DNA from: Octopus vulgaris
Taxonomy: Eukaryota
Assembly (NCBI GenBank): GCA_951406725.2
Contig: OX597834.1
Coordinates: forward strand, 4,526,001-4,590,000
Length of the DNA: 64,000 nt
Direction of reading: 5' to 3'
In this document: positions 42,600-57,664 of the stretch, one piece after another
Position numbering within the stretch: the stretch's first letter is position 1
How the letters are laid out: every line of letters begins with the position of its first letter
Translations under genes and position numbers: made by a program
Notes under the pieces: model-generated
Databases searched by the model: none
The model's input: only the letters and a program-made list of their open reading frames with translations
Told to the model about the DNA's origin: nothing

Positions 42600-43535
42600 T
42601 TCGCTACATTTAGTCATGAAATCTGTCAACTTGCTTGGTTGGACTGCCTCTGCTGCAGCTTTGATGGTCGCCCACAAGACATCCTTCGACGTAAATTAAC
42701 GTCCATCGTCATAAACATCTTGTTTAATGATAGACCAAAGATTTTTTGTAGGGATGAGATCCAGAGATGCTGGCGACCACACCATCAACCTTTCACCTTG
42801 TATGCTGTAAGACCCTAGTAATGTTTCGGTGATCTTAGCAGAGTGGGAGGGAGCGTTGTCGTGCATGAATACGAGATTCCTTAGAAGTGACAGCGGTATG
42901 TCACCTAGCCCCCTTCAGGAGATTGCAGTAGGCGGCTGCAGTCACTTTAACCCCTTCAGGCACCCTGACTGGGCCCAAAAGTCTGTCCTCAATGACAACA
43001 GTCCACAACATGACCTTGTTGTTGACGTCGTAAACGTTGGTGACGCTCATCTCTAAAATAGACTCAACCATCTGCCCAACCGTCAGGTCCATCAAAGGTC
43101 ACTCTGGTTTCGTCACTGAATAGAACACCTAATGTTTAACGCCATGTACTTTTGAGCCCAGATTAAAGCCTCAAACTCCTGTGATAGGGCGTTAAAGAAG
43201 GCCGTTTCAGGGGTTCTCGCACATAAGCCATGGTCCCGAGAATGTGATTTCTGGTGGTTTTCGGTACGCGAGGAAGACCGGAGGCTTTGCTTGTTTGTCC
43301 AGGTTTCCCACGTAACTTGCGGCCGATATTCCTTAAATCCCTAGCTGTCCCAGTCTTGGAGGTCTCACAATCGGATCGTTTCTTCCTTGCGAATGGTCCG
43401 TCAGGAATCGTCTAACCGTGTCCATATGACGACCTAACGTCTCCGCAATGACATGAAGAGAGGTGCCTTTAACACTTTCCTTGACGATGACAGACTTACC
43501 TTCATCGTTAAGGCCTTTTCCACCCTTACCCTAAC
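42600..43535 (-). pseudogene. Tc1-like transposase pseudogene (second family)
   Basis: Minus strand VLFSDET, VMLW, FMHDNAPSHS and WSPASLDLIP, with frameshifts. Confidence 0.8.
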
Positions 43536-44180
43536 ACATTGTTCTTAGAGAGAAGAGACGCTATTAGCGTGGTTCACCAAAAAAACTGAAGAATCTGAAA
43601 TAAAATAAAAGGACGTTACACAGAATGATGAAAACATAACAATGGAATTGCCATATTGTGCAAATCAGTTGGAAAAACATTTATCAAAATCGATTCCCAG
43701 AAAACCTAAAAATCCCAAATTTCACTCCTAAGCTTTTGGCGTGGTTCTGGGTGATGAACTCTCCCGTCCAGGACGACGTATGAGCGATCAACCTTTGCTG
43801 AACGACACCTGCACAGATGATTTTGTTATAGTGTCGCACATTAGCTTACTCCCTCCATCAAATCGACGTTACCTAAACAGATGCACAGGTGTGCCACACG
43901 TCGGGTGTTGAAGTGATCGCAAAACAACATGAGATGAAGTGTTTTGCTTAAGAACACAACGCACCGCCCGGTCTAAGAATTGAAACCATGACCCCGAGAT
44001 CGTGAGTGCAAACCCCTAATCACGATGCATATAAATATGCATAAATACATAGACATATATACACAAAACGGCATAAAAACATACGTAAGCACATACCCAT
44101 TACATACATATTTATATCTATGCATCCAGACCCACATGCATAAACACACATTAAAACCACGAATATGTTAATCCTTATTG

Positions 44181-44587
44181 TTACTCTTTACTCTTTACTC
44201 TTTTACTTGTTTCAGTCATTTGACTGCGGCCATGCTGGAGCACCGCCTTTAGTCGAGCAAATCGACCCCGGGACTTTTTCTTTTGTAAGCCCAGTACTTA
44301 TTCTATCGGTCTCTTTTGCCGAACCGCTAAGTGACGGGGACGTAAACACACCAGCATCGGTTGTCAAGCAATGCTAGGGGGACAAACACAGACACACATA
44401 CACATACATATACATATATATACGACAGGCTTCTTTCAGTTTCCGCCTACCAAATCCACTCACAAGGCTTTGGTCGGCCCGGGGCTATAGCAGAAGACAC
44501 TTGCCCAAGATGCCACGCAGTGGGACTGAACCCGGAACCATGTGGTTGGTTAGCAAGCTGCTTACCACACAGCCACTCCTGCGCCTA
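44181..44587 (-). mobile_element. SINE family A
   Basis: Full-length homology. Confidence 0.88.
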
Positions 44588-45137
44588 TTTTATACAAATC
44601 TTTCTTATTTTTACTTCTATAACGTTGATCCTTTTCATTGAGAATTTTATTATTTCCTTATGCATCTTTTATGTTTAAGTCAGGCGTATAACATTTCCAT
44701 ATCCATTAGTCTGGCTTCTCAAGAATTCCATAAACTTTTATCATATTAAACTGTTGTTAATGGCGTATTATTGTTATGTGGTAAGTCGTAAAGATTTTTG
44801 AGAATAAGTATATAGCTGATCAAATCATCAGACCTACATTTATATCACACAATTGTAAGTCCTGGTGGATTTCAGGGTATTTTATTAGGTTTGTATTTTG
44901 TCATTAGTATAGTTTCTAGAATTATACTTGTAATTGCATTTTTCTTTGTGGAAGTCTGCGTAGATATGGCTTTGTGGTTAAAATGTTCGCTTTACGTCCA
45001 TGTCGTTTCGAGCTGAGTTCCATCGAGCGGCATCTTGGGCAAGTGTCTTCTACTATAGCCCCAAACCGACGAATACTGCATGAGGAGGGGTTTTTGTGGC
45101 TGAACTTGTGTGGAATCCCGTCTATATATATATATAT

Positions 45138-45191
<54 letters not shown>

Positions 45192-45263
45192 TAGGGTGTC
45201 TAAAGACAGGTATTTCTTTCATGTGGCCATATATATAAATATCGATATTATCCTCATATATAA

Positions 45264-45333
<70 letters not shown>

Positions 45334-45972
45334 GCAAGTGTAAGTGCTTAAAATGTGATTTGCTACGTGAAAATCACCTTTTAGATCGACAAATGTCACG
45401 CTCTCTATCTGTTACCATCAATCTATCTATCTCTATATATTTACCTCTCTCTCTCACTCTGTCTGTTTGTCTGTTTGTCTGTCTGTCTCTCTCTGTATGT
45501 ATCATCTTTCACGAATTGCTTTCATTTTGTTTAAAACGTCGTCTTCTTATCTTTACTTTCATTTTATGATCGCAGGTATCACGCACAACACATTTTTCAA
45601 AAGATTTCAGAAATATGTTAAATGAATCATAAACTCGGATTCAGCGTAAAAAGTTACATCAAATTTGCAAATTCTCACTTAATTTTAATATTTCAAAATC
45701 TTTGACAGAAACAGAAAATATCTTTCGCTCTCTATTTGTCTATCTCTCATCTTTCGTTTTTCTCGTGGTAAACTTTCCATCTCTCTCTATATATTTACCA
45801 CACTATCTCTCACTCTCTATAAATGTATATCACTCAGGCAATTTGCGTGGGTTTGTCAGTGTGTTGGTATGTATGTGTGTAAGGAATTTCATAAGAGTGA
45901 CAGTGTGATTTAAAAAAGGTATGTAAAAGGTAAATATTTTAATAGCATACTTTTCTGTTTGTTAATGTCCTT

Positions 45973-46064
<92 letters not shown>

Positions 46065-46790
46065 TCGCTTGATGCGGGATGGGAATAAAAAATTTAAATT
46101 ACAATTTTTTTGTTGTTGCACCATCATTCCATAAAATATGTTTGTACGGAGAAAGATAATGAAAAGCATCCATATTTGTCAGTCACAAAGAAAGAGGAAG
46201 GAACCAGGTAGTCGTGGAATGTGCTAGAAAAACTCCCTTAAATCACATATCTTTTCGTCTGAGAATTGCTTTGAGATTATTAAATAAACAAAAAGAAATT
46301 GCAGATTCAGCTGTCCGTATTTTAAAATTATAATTAAAGGATGAAGTTTCAGGATTTAAAGGGAGGGATTTGATGAAAAATAAAATTAAAGAAACAGTTT
46401 CACTATTGTTTTAAATTCCGTTTCATTTTCTGTTTGCAAAAAAAAAGAAAGAAAAAGGAAATGGAAATTATAATGGCGATCGCCGTTTTCCAAATTTTTA
46501 ACCTTTAAGGCTTCTCCCATGGTTTTTAAGTGTGTAATGCAAAAACACAAAAACAAAAACAAAACAAAACAAATTGGCCAAAATCGGTACTGAGTCGGGG
46601 AAGTAGGATTTGAAAAGAACTCATAATTTTTCAAATTTTCTTTTCTAATTACCAAAAAGGCGCCTCTCATCGTTAAGTGCGGAAAAAAAAGGCCTGAAAG
46701 GTGGTGGAAGGGGGATTCATAATACACTCACACACACACACATAATTATTTAAGTTACAATATATAGATTCAAGTAATCCAGTAGTAGTC

Positions 46791-46838
<48 letters not shown>

Positions 46839-46887
46839 GTACAGACATACATACATACATACATACATACATACATACATACATACA

Positions 46888-46922
<35 letters not shown>

Positions 46923-47128
46923 GTGACCGTGTGTGTACCGTTGGCGATTTTTTCCTTGTGTCTTCCCTTCTCTGGATCTTTCCTTCTCCTATGTTTCCGA
47001 CGAAGAGCTTCGCTCCAAACGTTATATCCTCCTTCTTTCCTTCTTTCCTGAGCGTCCAATAATACTATATTTGTTCCACGTCCTCGCGTTGTTGTGTTTT
47101 TTTGTGCTTTCATGTTTAGATTAAATTT
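46923..47128 (+). mobile_element. Related pLTR-like remnant with a mutated minimal HHR (46994-47026)
   Basis: TTT-CCGACGA-A-GAGC ttc GCTC-CAAAC-GTT (core G12 mutated to C), then a ctgagcgtccaataatac tail resembling 30705-30725. Flanked by microsatellites. Confidence 0.5.
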
Positions 47129-47129
47129 A

Positions 47130-47228
<99 letters not shown>

Positions 47229-48926
47229 ATTCTTATTTGCATATATACGTCTGTATCTATGTGTGTGTGTGTGTGTGTAAGTGTCTGTGTTTTAATACCT
47301 GTGTTTGTCCCCAGCCCCAGTAGACAACCGATGTTGGTTTGCTTACGCCTCGTAACGAAGTGGTTGACCAAAAGAGATGGACAGAATAAATGCAAGGCTT
47401 CAGAGTCTGACTACTGGCGTCGATTTGTTCCACTAAGAAGCCATGACGATACTCCAGCATGGGAGCAGCCCGCTAACTGAAACACGTTAGAGATAAGCAA
47501 TATTATTTTAGCGCCCTCTGCCGTTGTACTCAATATTATTTTGCTGTATTATAATGAGTTACAATGCCTCTCTGTATTGTAAATGCATAGCGATCTGCTT
47601 AGTTTCGTAACGTGTTAGTAATTCTTCATTTTCTTATTTCTCATTCCAAGACTGAATAATTGTTTAAATATGAAGATTATACCAGATACAGTTCAAATTA
47701 AATTTTTGTGCATGGCTCGTTGCCTGCAATTAAGCTGTCCTCATGCTGTTAACAGCATCGTTTTAAAAGACCTTTATCAAAGCATTATTGATACAAAAAT
47801 GGTGTAGTATATTTCTTTTTATTTAGAATAGAATTCTACATAGAATTTTTTCTTCTATATAGAACTTTGACTATTTTAAAATGAATTTAAATTTTTGAAA
47901 TTTTCAATCAAGTACAAAAATTTAATAAATACATATCAACAGAAGGTAAAAAAAAAACATTAATAAATAATTTACTACGGTCTTGCTACTATTAATAACA
48001 ACAATGTTGAAGTGGGTAGTACATTGTTATTATAATGTCGATGATGATGATAATCATAAAGATAATATTAATCAATAATATTAAAAATAATCGTTTTTAT
48101 CTCGGATGATAATGGGAATTCCAAAGCCATTTCATATTGATTAAAGAGATTATTGGAGACTGATATCAAAGCAGCTTTAATTACGGACGCACATTTATGA
48201 AAGAAAATAAATCTAAATACTGAAAATAATGTAAACTAATATAACAAAAAAAATATAACTGTAAAATAAAGCAAAAATAACGTTGAATGAAAGTTTCAAA
48301 TCTAAACCGTTCACTTGTTAGATTGATGTGCGTGATTAATTCAACACTTTCTTCAGAGAATTATAAATTCTGTTGCATTGTTCAAACGTAAGAAACGTGA
48401 CATGCAAAAAGACGAACACATCTCTCTCTCTCACTCTCTAAAAAGGAAGAAAAACATCGAATATCGATTATACACTACATTTGGATTTATCACCAGCAAA
48501 TGGAATAAATAACATAAAATGAATAATTGTGTAGACATTTTAAAAACTGGCAAGCAGTCAGAGCCAAGTGATCCGAAGTATCTGCTAAAGGTTATGAAGT
48601 CCGTGGTATGTTCTGTAATTAAAGAGCCTGCAAGTATATAATGAAGAGTTCGAAAAATAATACTCAGTAAGGAGAGTTAATATCTATCTCCACTTAAACG
48701 TAGATGTTGTGTTAGAACAAACTATACTGCAGTAGATACCACGAGAGAAACTCTCATATTTGCTTTGGGTGTAAATTGCACTTTTGTTTCATGGAGAACT
48801 GTCCAAGATATTAAAGGAGTGATATTAATATCAATATCTTAATTTATAAGTTGCGAAAGTCATTTTTGTACTGAAAGAAGATACAGGTGAAATAGCGAAT
48901 TTCTAAGGTTTTAGTTGTAGAGCGAG

Positions 48927-49451
48927 ACTTTGTCAACGCATTTCGCATGTACACCAGCTTAGAGCGTGTATAAGAAACAACACTCTCAAACTAAGGATGC
49001 AACGCGAAAAAGTGTGCATTATAGGTGCTTTGTAGAATATGGGACTTGTGAGCTGGAAAGTTGAATACTGCTCAATTTGATAGGGTTTTATATAATTTTT
49101 TTTTAATACTGACATTATTTAGTTTCTATATTTGGTTTTACAATTGAAAATGTCATCCCTCAAATTAAATGCCGATATTTAGAATTGTTTTAAAGTTATC
49201 GTGTTATGAATAGTGTTTCTCCAATCAATTATATTTATCTAAAGGGATGAAGCTGCTCTAACTCTTGATTGGAGTCGGGCTTTCACACATATATGTCTGA
49301 TTTACATACAGACAGTCTTTATGTTAAGTTAAAGAAAGTGCAATTATAAATGGAAATAAAGACTTAGTACGTTTTAGAAGAGTAAAGAAAAGTTTGACAG
49401 TGAGTGAGTCGAATCATCGAAGGCACTCTCCAATTTCACTTGTAAAAATTT

Positions 49452-49495
<44 letters not shown>

Positions 49496-49948
49496 ATATA
49501 TATATGTACAAATATACGTATATATACATATATACATGTATATACGTATATATATACATATGTATACGTATACATATATATGTATATATACATATATATA
49601 CATATGTATATATACATATATATACACATACATATACATATATATCTATATGTACACACACGCATATATGTGTATATATACATAAATAAAAATACACAAT
49701 AAGTACATAAACATCGAGTGAAAATACGTAAACACGCGATGAGAGACAAGTACGGGGCAAAATACCAAAAGAAGTCTCCTCCTCAGTTAAGACAGCAGCA
49801 TGCAGAAATTTTGAAAATAAATATAAAATTTGTGGAGAGTTAGGGCTTCGAACGACAGAGTAAACAAATCCTTAGTTTGAGAGTGTTGTTTCTTATACAC
49901 GCTCTAAGCTGGTGTACATGCGAAATGCGTTATTGAAGTTGACAAAGT
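48927..49948. repeat. Inverted repeat pair (48927-48998 / 49868-49948) with a 64-bp perfect core
   Basis: aacgcatttcgcatgtacacc...ctaaggat versus atccttag...cgaaatgcgtt. Confidence 0.85.
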
Positions 49949-50334
49949 AGTGACGTGTAAGAATGGGGACAAGAAGGAGAATGAGGGAAAGAAGCAGAGT
50001 CAAGAGAAGAGAGAAAGAACGAAAGATAACAGGGAGTGGAAGAAAGACAGGGGACAGCATAGAACGATGGAGAGAAACGGAAAATAAGAGGATTATAGAG
50101 AGATAGGGAGAAAGAAAGGAAACAGTGTGGAATCGCAGAAATTATAAATAAATGTAAGAACTTACTGTAGACAAGGCTGCCTGATACGTATATATATATA
50201 TATATATATATTATATTAAATTAGAGACAAAACCACTATTAGGCAAATCAAACAATGAAAAACTTAAGCCAATATGATTAATTTATATTATTTAAATATG
50301 TAACAAAATTGTTAAAAAAATATAATTAATATCA

Positions 50335-50395
50335 CACTACGATCGTTTCATGCCTGCTGTCTTCAAATTTTTGAGTCGCAGTCATTCATCAGGTG
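50335..50395 (-). ncRNA. Type I hammerhead ribozyme
   Basis: Minus strand: CAC-CTGATGA-ATGaCTGC...GCAGgCAT-GAAAC GATC GTA^GTG, with palindromic stem III ACGATCGT. It lies ~125 nt from (TA)n at 50189-50210. Confidence 0.75.
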
Positions 50396-51294
50396 GTTTA
50401 AATATCTAAAATATAATCGATATTTTTAAGATATAAATAATATATATAATATAATAATTTTACTTATAATAAACTCTATTATTAAATATGATTATATCGA
50501 AATCGACTATAATGTTAAATATTAACTTTAATTTATAAGGTAGAAAAACCCAAATTCTAATATCAATATTAGTCTATATCTAATTACATAAATATCTAAA
50601 ATGACTAATATATATAAATTATCAATGAAAATATATATGAATATTATAATCAAGATCTAAAATAATCTCTATAAATAATTGTACATAATGAAAACCTAAT
50701 AAATTTAATTTTTCATATTTAAAGATGAAATAGCTAATTTCAAAATACAAATAAACTAACTTAAACTGACTTTCAAAATCTAATGTAAAATACTTATACA
50801 AATATTCAATTCTTAGTAATATAGTATTAAATAAATACTATAAGTACTATAAACATAATTATGAATGGGAATAATTATCTAATATAAATTATGCTATTAA
50901 ATTAGACATGGCCTAGACCAATCTTTAGTCGAAACATATCTAATTTTATCAAAGTTTATCTAATTTATTTAATATCTAATAACATAGAAAATTACGATAA
51001 TTAGATCATTACATAAACAACAATATTTACATAAGGAGAATATTATTACTCCAAAGGCTTATACAATATTAAAAATTTACAATTTGAAGATCTTAAAAAG
51101 ATACATACTTTCTTGGCGAGGTTTAAACAATGAACTAGAATTTTGAATCAAAAAACGCCTTATACAGCGTTTATAAGAATACTCATGGAATTACGTTATT
51201 AGCAAAAAAAAAAAAAAAATTGTTGAAGAATTCTTTACGCATGAGGAACCTACGTTTATTCCCTGTAAGTTTGGATTTATTCCCTAATATTTAT

Positions 51295-51361
<67 letters not shown>

Positions 51362-51391
51362 TATATATGTATATATATGTATGTATATATA

Positions 51392-51643
51392 CAGGGGTTG
51401 GACAAAATAATGGAAACACCTTAAAATGTCAAACAAATTAATTTTAATATAGTGTAGGACCGCCTTTGACAGTAATCAAAGCTTGGATTCTTCAAGGTAT
51501 GGACTCGTACAAAGTTTGAATTGTTTCCAAAGGTATTTTTTCCATTCTTCAGCTAAAACAGTCTCCAGTTCTTGTAGTGATGATGGTGAAAGATATCAAT
51601 TCCTTACTTGTTTTTCTAAAATGCACCATAATTGTTCAATAAT
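51392..51643 (-). mobile_element. Tc1 element 3' end (same family as 31468)
   Basis: TA|CAGGGGTTGGACAAAATAATGGAAACACC TIR, followed by the reverse complement of ~31670-31915. Confidence 0.85.
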
Positions 51644-52086
51644 TGTTCATAATTGTACATTATACAATAAAGTGTGCAAATCTTTGGTAGGACTCAAGAG
51701 ACATATAATGGCCTCACATTGCATTATCAATGACTCATTTCATTGATTCTAGCTTGTATACGAAGAAACAGTCACTATATATACATATATATACACACAG
51801 ATACACACACGCACACACACACTCTCTCTCACACACACACTCACATGTATGCCTTCGTTTCTCTGTAAGAAGAAGCAATAATCACGCCATTTACAGCCTC
51901 TACCGCGATGAAGTTATATTATTCTGATAGTCAACCTTACTCGCATAAACACGGAAGAAAAGAATTGGATATCGAAGACGATAGATGTCTGAAAATTAAT
52001 GATGATGACATTGGTGATAATAATCATCCCGATAATGGCTAGATAATGTACATTAGGTTGGCAATGATAAAAATAATATTATTATT

Positions 52087-52852
52087 GAGTGAGAGAACAG
52101 TGCATGCCATCAAAGTGACACTGGGGTAAAATATGTGAAGCCCAGTATACCCATCATGACTACCCGTCTGATAAGGGTACATGCATCACAACCATATGTG
52201 CACATGGTTATCACGTATCAAGATTAACTTGCAGGTGGGGCCCAGTTAGAATTTTCTTCAGGTCGAGTAACCTATTTCTTTACTACCCACAAGGGGCTAA
52301 ACACAGAGAAGACAAACAAGGACAGACAAACGGATTAAGTCAATTATATCGACCCCAGTGCGTAACTGGTACTTATTTAATCGACCCCGAAAGGATGACA
52401 GGCAAAGTCAACCTTGGCGGAATTTGAACTCAGAACGTAACGGCAGACGAAATACGGCTACGCATCTCGCCCGGCGTGCTAACGTTTCTCCCAGCTCGAG
52501 TAACCTATCCCGCTCAAGATGTTCCTTAATAAGGGCTGTTTAAGGATGTTGAACAAAACACCCATGTCTCCAAAAATGAATTATTAAAACCCCAAAGAAT
52601 TCTCATCGACTCATGGCTATGATGCTCCCCCATTACTTCTGCTCGTGGTCAGAGATGCACATATCGTCAGCCACTAAGAGACATGCTCAACTGGTTAAGG
52701 TCAAGCAATGAACAGGCAAATCTGTGGTATTGAGCAGAATATTTGCTGTAGCCCATCTTTTATACCAAGACAAAACAATGTACGTTATAACACTTCCAAT
52801 CAGTTAAGATCAGAAGCCATGAGAGCCACTGCCTGGTACTGCATCAGGGCAT
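52087..52852 (-). mobile_element. Non-coding retroelement inserted in an (AAT)n tract
   Basis: Bounded by ATT repeats on both sides, continuous across the nested SINE's TSD, no ORF. Family not identified. Confidence 0.5.
52271..52498 (-). mobile_element. SINE family C nested in another repeat, 13-bp TSD
   Basis: TCGAGTAACCTAT at 52263-52275 and 52496-52508. Confidence 0.88.
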
Positions 52853-53215
<363 letters not shown>

Positions 53216-54001
53216 CTTTGATGATAATGATGATGGTAACAGTGATAAAGATGGTGATGGTGAGTAATAATGTTGAGGTTGCTGACGAAAATGATGATAA
53301 CGAAGATAACGATAATAAGAAAAAAATTACTATATCAATGATGACAATGATGGTGAAAATCATGAAGATAATCATCATGCGAATGAAGTTGTCAGCGGAA
53401 GGGACGATGACTCAATAAATGATAACCAGGTCTAAGCGGATACCTTTGTCGAGAAGGGCATCCTATTTGATGGCATATACTATGTAGTATTCCCACGCTC
53501 AATAACAAGTAAAAAATCAAAAACTGGTCTTATATAAGAAGCTAAATGTATATTACATATTTTAATGCGCTAAAACCTAATTTAAGTGAATATGCAAAGT
53601 GGAAGTTGGGATGCATCTAATATCCTCGTCTATCTTTTATGCCATCAACTAAGTGACATACTGAAGGAAGGCGTGGCTGTGGGCTGAAGGCGAATCACCT
53701 AGCCAGTCCACGACTAATATGCTCATGGCTTGTAAAATCATGAGCTGGTATGGCCGGAAATTGCATACGTAAGAGAAAATTTACATACGAAAATTTACAT
53801 ATGAAAATTTACAATTCATGAGCCGGTATTGGCAGTGAATTATCTCACCTGTCAATAACTGAGGTGTTTTTAACACCGGTGACATGAGAGTTTATATACT
53901 TCGCTACGCCATTGCAGTCACCGCAAAAATACTCAAAGCATTTACATTGGTATATGTACTTAATAATATTTATTACGCTAGAGTTGCTTTTACTTCACAT
54001 G

Positions 54002-54096
<95 letters not shown>

Positions 54097-54107
54097 ATAC
54101 ATATATA

Positions 54108-54166
<59 letters not shown>

Positions 54167-54380
54167 TAGAAAAAAAAAACACCTTTTATCAATTCAAAAT
54201 GAACAATTAAATTACACCATCTAGAAAATTACATATAATAGAAATTTAAAATTAAAATAACAATAATATACCGATGATTAAGTAAATTGTAAAATAATAA
54301 TAAAAACGTATATATTTGATAGAATAACGACACGTGTTTCGTTATTATTAAATATTATTATTAATATTAAATAATTATTG

Positions 54381-54432
<52 letters not shown>

Positions 54433-54799
54433 GTGTTTGTTATTAATATTAAATAATTATTGTTATATATATATATATATGTATATGTGTGTGTGTTTGT
54501 GTCTATGCTTGTCCCACTATTGCTTGACAACCAGGGCTGGTTCGTTTACGTCCCAGTAATTTAGCGGTTCAGCAAAAGACACCGATATAATAAGTATCAT
54601 GCTTAGCAAAAAAAAGTTTCGTACTGGGGTCGATTCATTCGACTATAAATTCTTCAAAATCTAATGGCTGAAACAAAGAAAAGCTAAAAGAATTGCTCTG
54701 CAGATGAACAGACATGTAAACCTGTTAACAATCCAGTGAATTTAGTGTAACAAGCATAAGGCATCAGAAAAGAAGCTGACAACCACCACAGATATTAAT

Positions 54800-55012
54800 T
54801 TCAAATTTTGGCACAAGGCCAGCAATTTCGGGGGTGGGGAGAGAAGATTACATCGACCCCAGTGTTCAACTGGTATTTATTTTATCCACCTCCCGAAAGG
54901 GATAAAAGGTAATGTCGACCTCGGTGGTATTTGAACTCAGAACGTGAAGGCGGACGAAATTCCGCTCTGCGTTTTGCTCGACATGCTAACGATCCTGGCA
55001 GCTCGCTGCCGT
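54800..55012 (-). mobile_element. Diverged SINE family C variant; similar relics at 465-672, 7880-8055 and 61325-61505
   Basis: ggcacaaggccagcaattt..catcgaccccagt..gtcgacctcgg..tttgaactcagaacgt. Confidence 0.7.
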
Positions 55013-55013
55013 A

Positions 55014-55027
55014 ACACACACACACAT

Positions 55028-55110
<83 letters not shown>

Positions 55111-55388
55111 TACACACGCACACACGCACACATACACAGACATACATACACAGACAGACAGACAGACACACACACATGCACGCACACACACACACACACA
55201 CACACACGAACACACACACATACACACACATACACACACACAGACACACACACATACACACACACATGCACGCAAACACACACACACACACACACACATA
55301 CACACACACAGACACACACACAAACACACAGACACAGACACACACACACACACATATGCACGCAAACACACACACACACACACACGCA
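55014..55388. repeat. Imperfect (CA)n microsatellite
   Basis: Direct reading. Confidence 0.95.
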
Positions 55389-55840
55389 TAGTAACTAATA
55401 TTACCAAAGACTAAAGACGAACAATTAAAGCAAAAGCATTTTGATAGATGAATGCATCTAAAATAATAAAAACAACAACACAAAAAGAGAATTCGAAGAA
55501 ATGGTAATTCTGCAAGTGAGTGTGAATCAACAACACCGCAACGCATTTCAAGCCACACACAGACATGCAAATACACAGGAAATATATCTGTATAGAAAAA
55601 CACTATACTATGAAACATAAAACCATATGCAAGCGTGCACCTTTGTACACAATACACTTAGACATGTCAGAAAGCTGTCACACGTATTCACAAATTAATA
55701 TACGGCTAATCAAATTTTGTATATAGTTAAATACACCTAAAAAGGAAGATGCAAAAAACGAATTAATCCATACCCCATCGATTCGCACAAAGGAATCAAT
55801 ATGTTTGTATATATATATGCTTATATATATATATATACAT

Positions 55841-56002
<162 letters not shown>

Positions 56003-56021
56003 CACATATATATACACACAC

Positions 56022-56058
<37 letters not shown>

Positions 56059-56298
56059 CATACATACACACATACACATATATATATATATGTTTGTATG
56101 TATATAAGCATATTTGTGTGTGTGTGTGCGTGTGTATGTGTATGTAGATTCACACACATATATATTCCGTCTGAATGCTCCTATTTCGTCTCCTATTTCC
56201 CCCGCAATGCAGCAAATTTTGAGAAATGTAAAATTTATACACGAGGTCACAAACATACTAGAAACGCACATAAGCACACAAAAATGAAGTCATAGACC

Positions 56299-56342
<44 letters not shown>

Positions 56343-56850
56343 TCATATATGTATAAGTACATACGTATATCTGTATGTACATGTGTGTGTACATGCGTGC
56401 GTTATAGTATTTATGTATATGCTTGTAAATTTATGTAAATGCTCAGACTAATACAGATAATATATTTAAAAAAAAACGAAAACAAACCACGCAGTTCATT
56501 CGATCATTTTATCGTCCACTTATTCACACCTCGACAAATAACACATGGAGCTTTTAAGCGACTTTCTTTCTAATCATGGAATCCAATAAGTTTGATTAGT
56601 GAACACACCGAAGAAGCGCGGGAAAAAAAACAAACATAGAAGGCATTAAATACATTTATTAATAATTTGTATTATCCTAATTGCTGCTTTGCCCTTTTCA
56701 GTTTTCGCTTATTTCCTTTCCATGTTTATTATATTTACTTACTTTATATATTTTTTTCTTTTATTTCACACAGGAATTTATTATCTTCGTTGTTTTCATT
56801 ATTCCTTTAGATCAAAGATTGCAGTTTTCGAAGATTTTAAGAGTGCTATT

Positions 56851-56922
56851 TTGTTCTTCTTCTTGTTCTTCTTGTTCTTGTTCTTGTTCTTGTTCTTGTT
56901 CTTCTTGTTCTTGTTCTTGTTC

Positions 56923-56957
<35 letters not shown>

Positions 56958-57027
56958 CTTCTTCTTCTTCTTCTTCTTCTTCTTCTTCTTCTTCTTCTTC
57001 TTCTTCTTCTTCTTCTTCTTCTTCTTC
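56851..57027. repeat. Compound (TTC/TTG)n microsatellite
   Basis: Direct reading. Confidence 0.95.
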
Positions 57028-57246
57028 GTCCATGTGTTCTGCTGTTTGCAAGAACCCGTACGCATGCGTTTATATGTGTTTGCATGTGTGTCTGTACGTA
57101 TGTATAACGTTTATCGATAACAGGATATCGAACAGAAGCAACGCAAAAACTGGAGTAATGACTGTGTGACACTGTTCTTCTTTCGTTCTTATGGTTATTA
57201 TGGCTTTAATTTACGTACTGGTTAATTCATCCTATACGTACACATA

Positions 57247-57304
<58 letters not shown>

Positions 57305-57664
57305 TCCCTACGTATATACCTACAGAGAAGAATGAGAGAGTAAACTTTTGGATCGTCTGAATATTTGCTAATAACTTTGTTTATTTCAGCGATAGAAAAA
57401 TAAAATGTACAACGATAATGACGACGAGCAATAAAGTGATCGGCTGATGTTTAATTGGAAAAGAAAATTTACTTCACTAATTAACAATACTTAGCTCTAG
57501 GTTAATTTAGATACTTAAATAATTGTTTCGCTGATTCATTATGGAAAATAGACATTTCTAAGTCATACGATCTAGTCCTTGTTACAGACATTTGATATTA
57601 ATGTTAGTTTATGAACAAAGTTTACGTCTATTATTAATATTTGGCCTATTTGCGTCTGGCCTAT

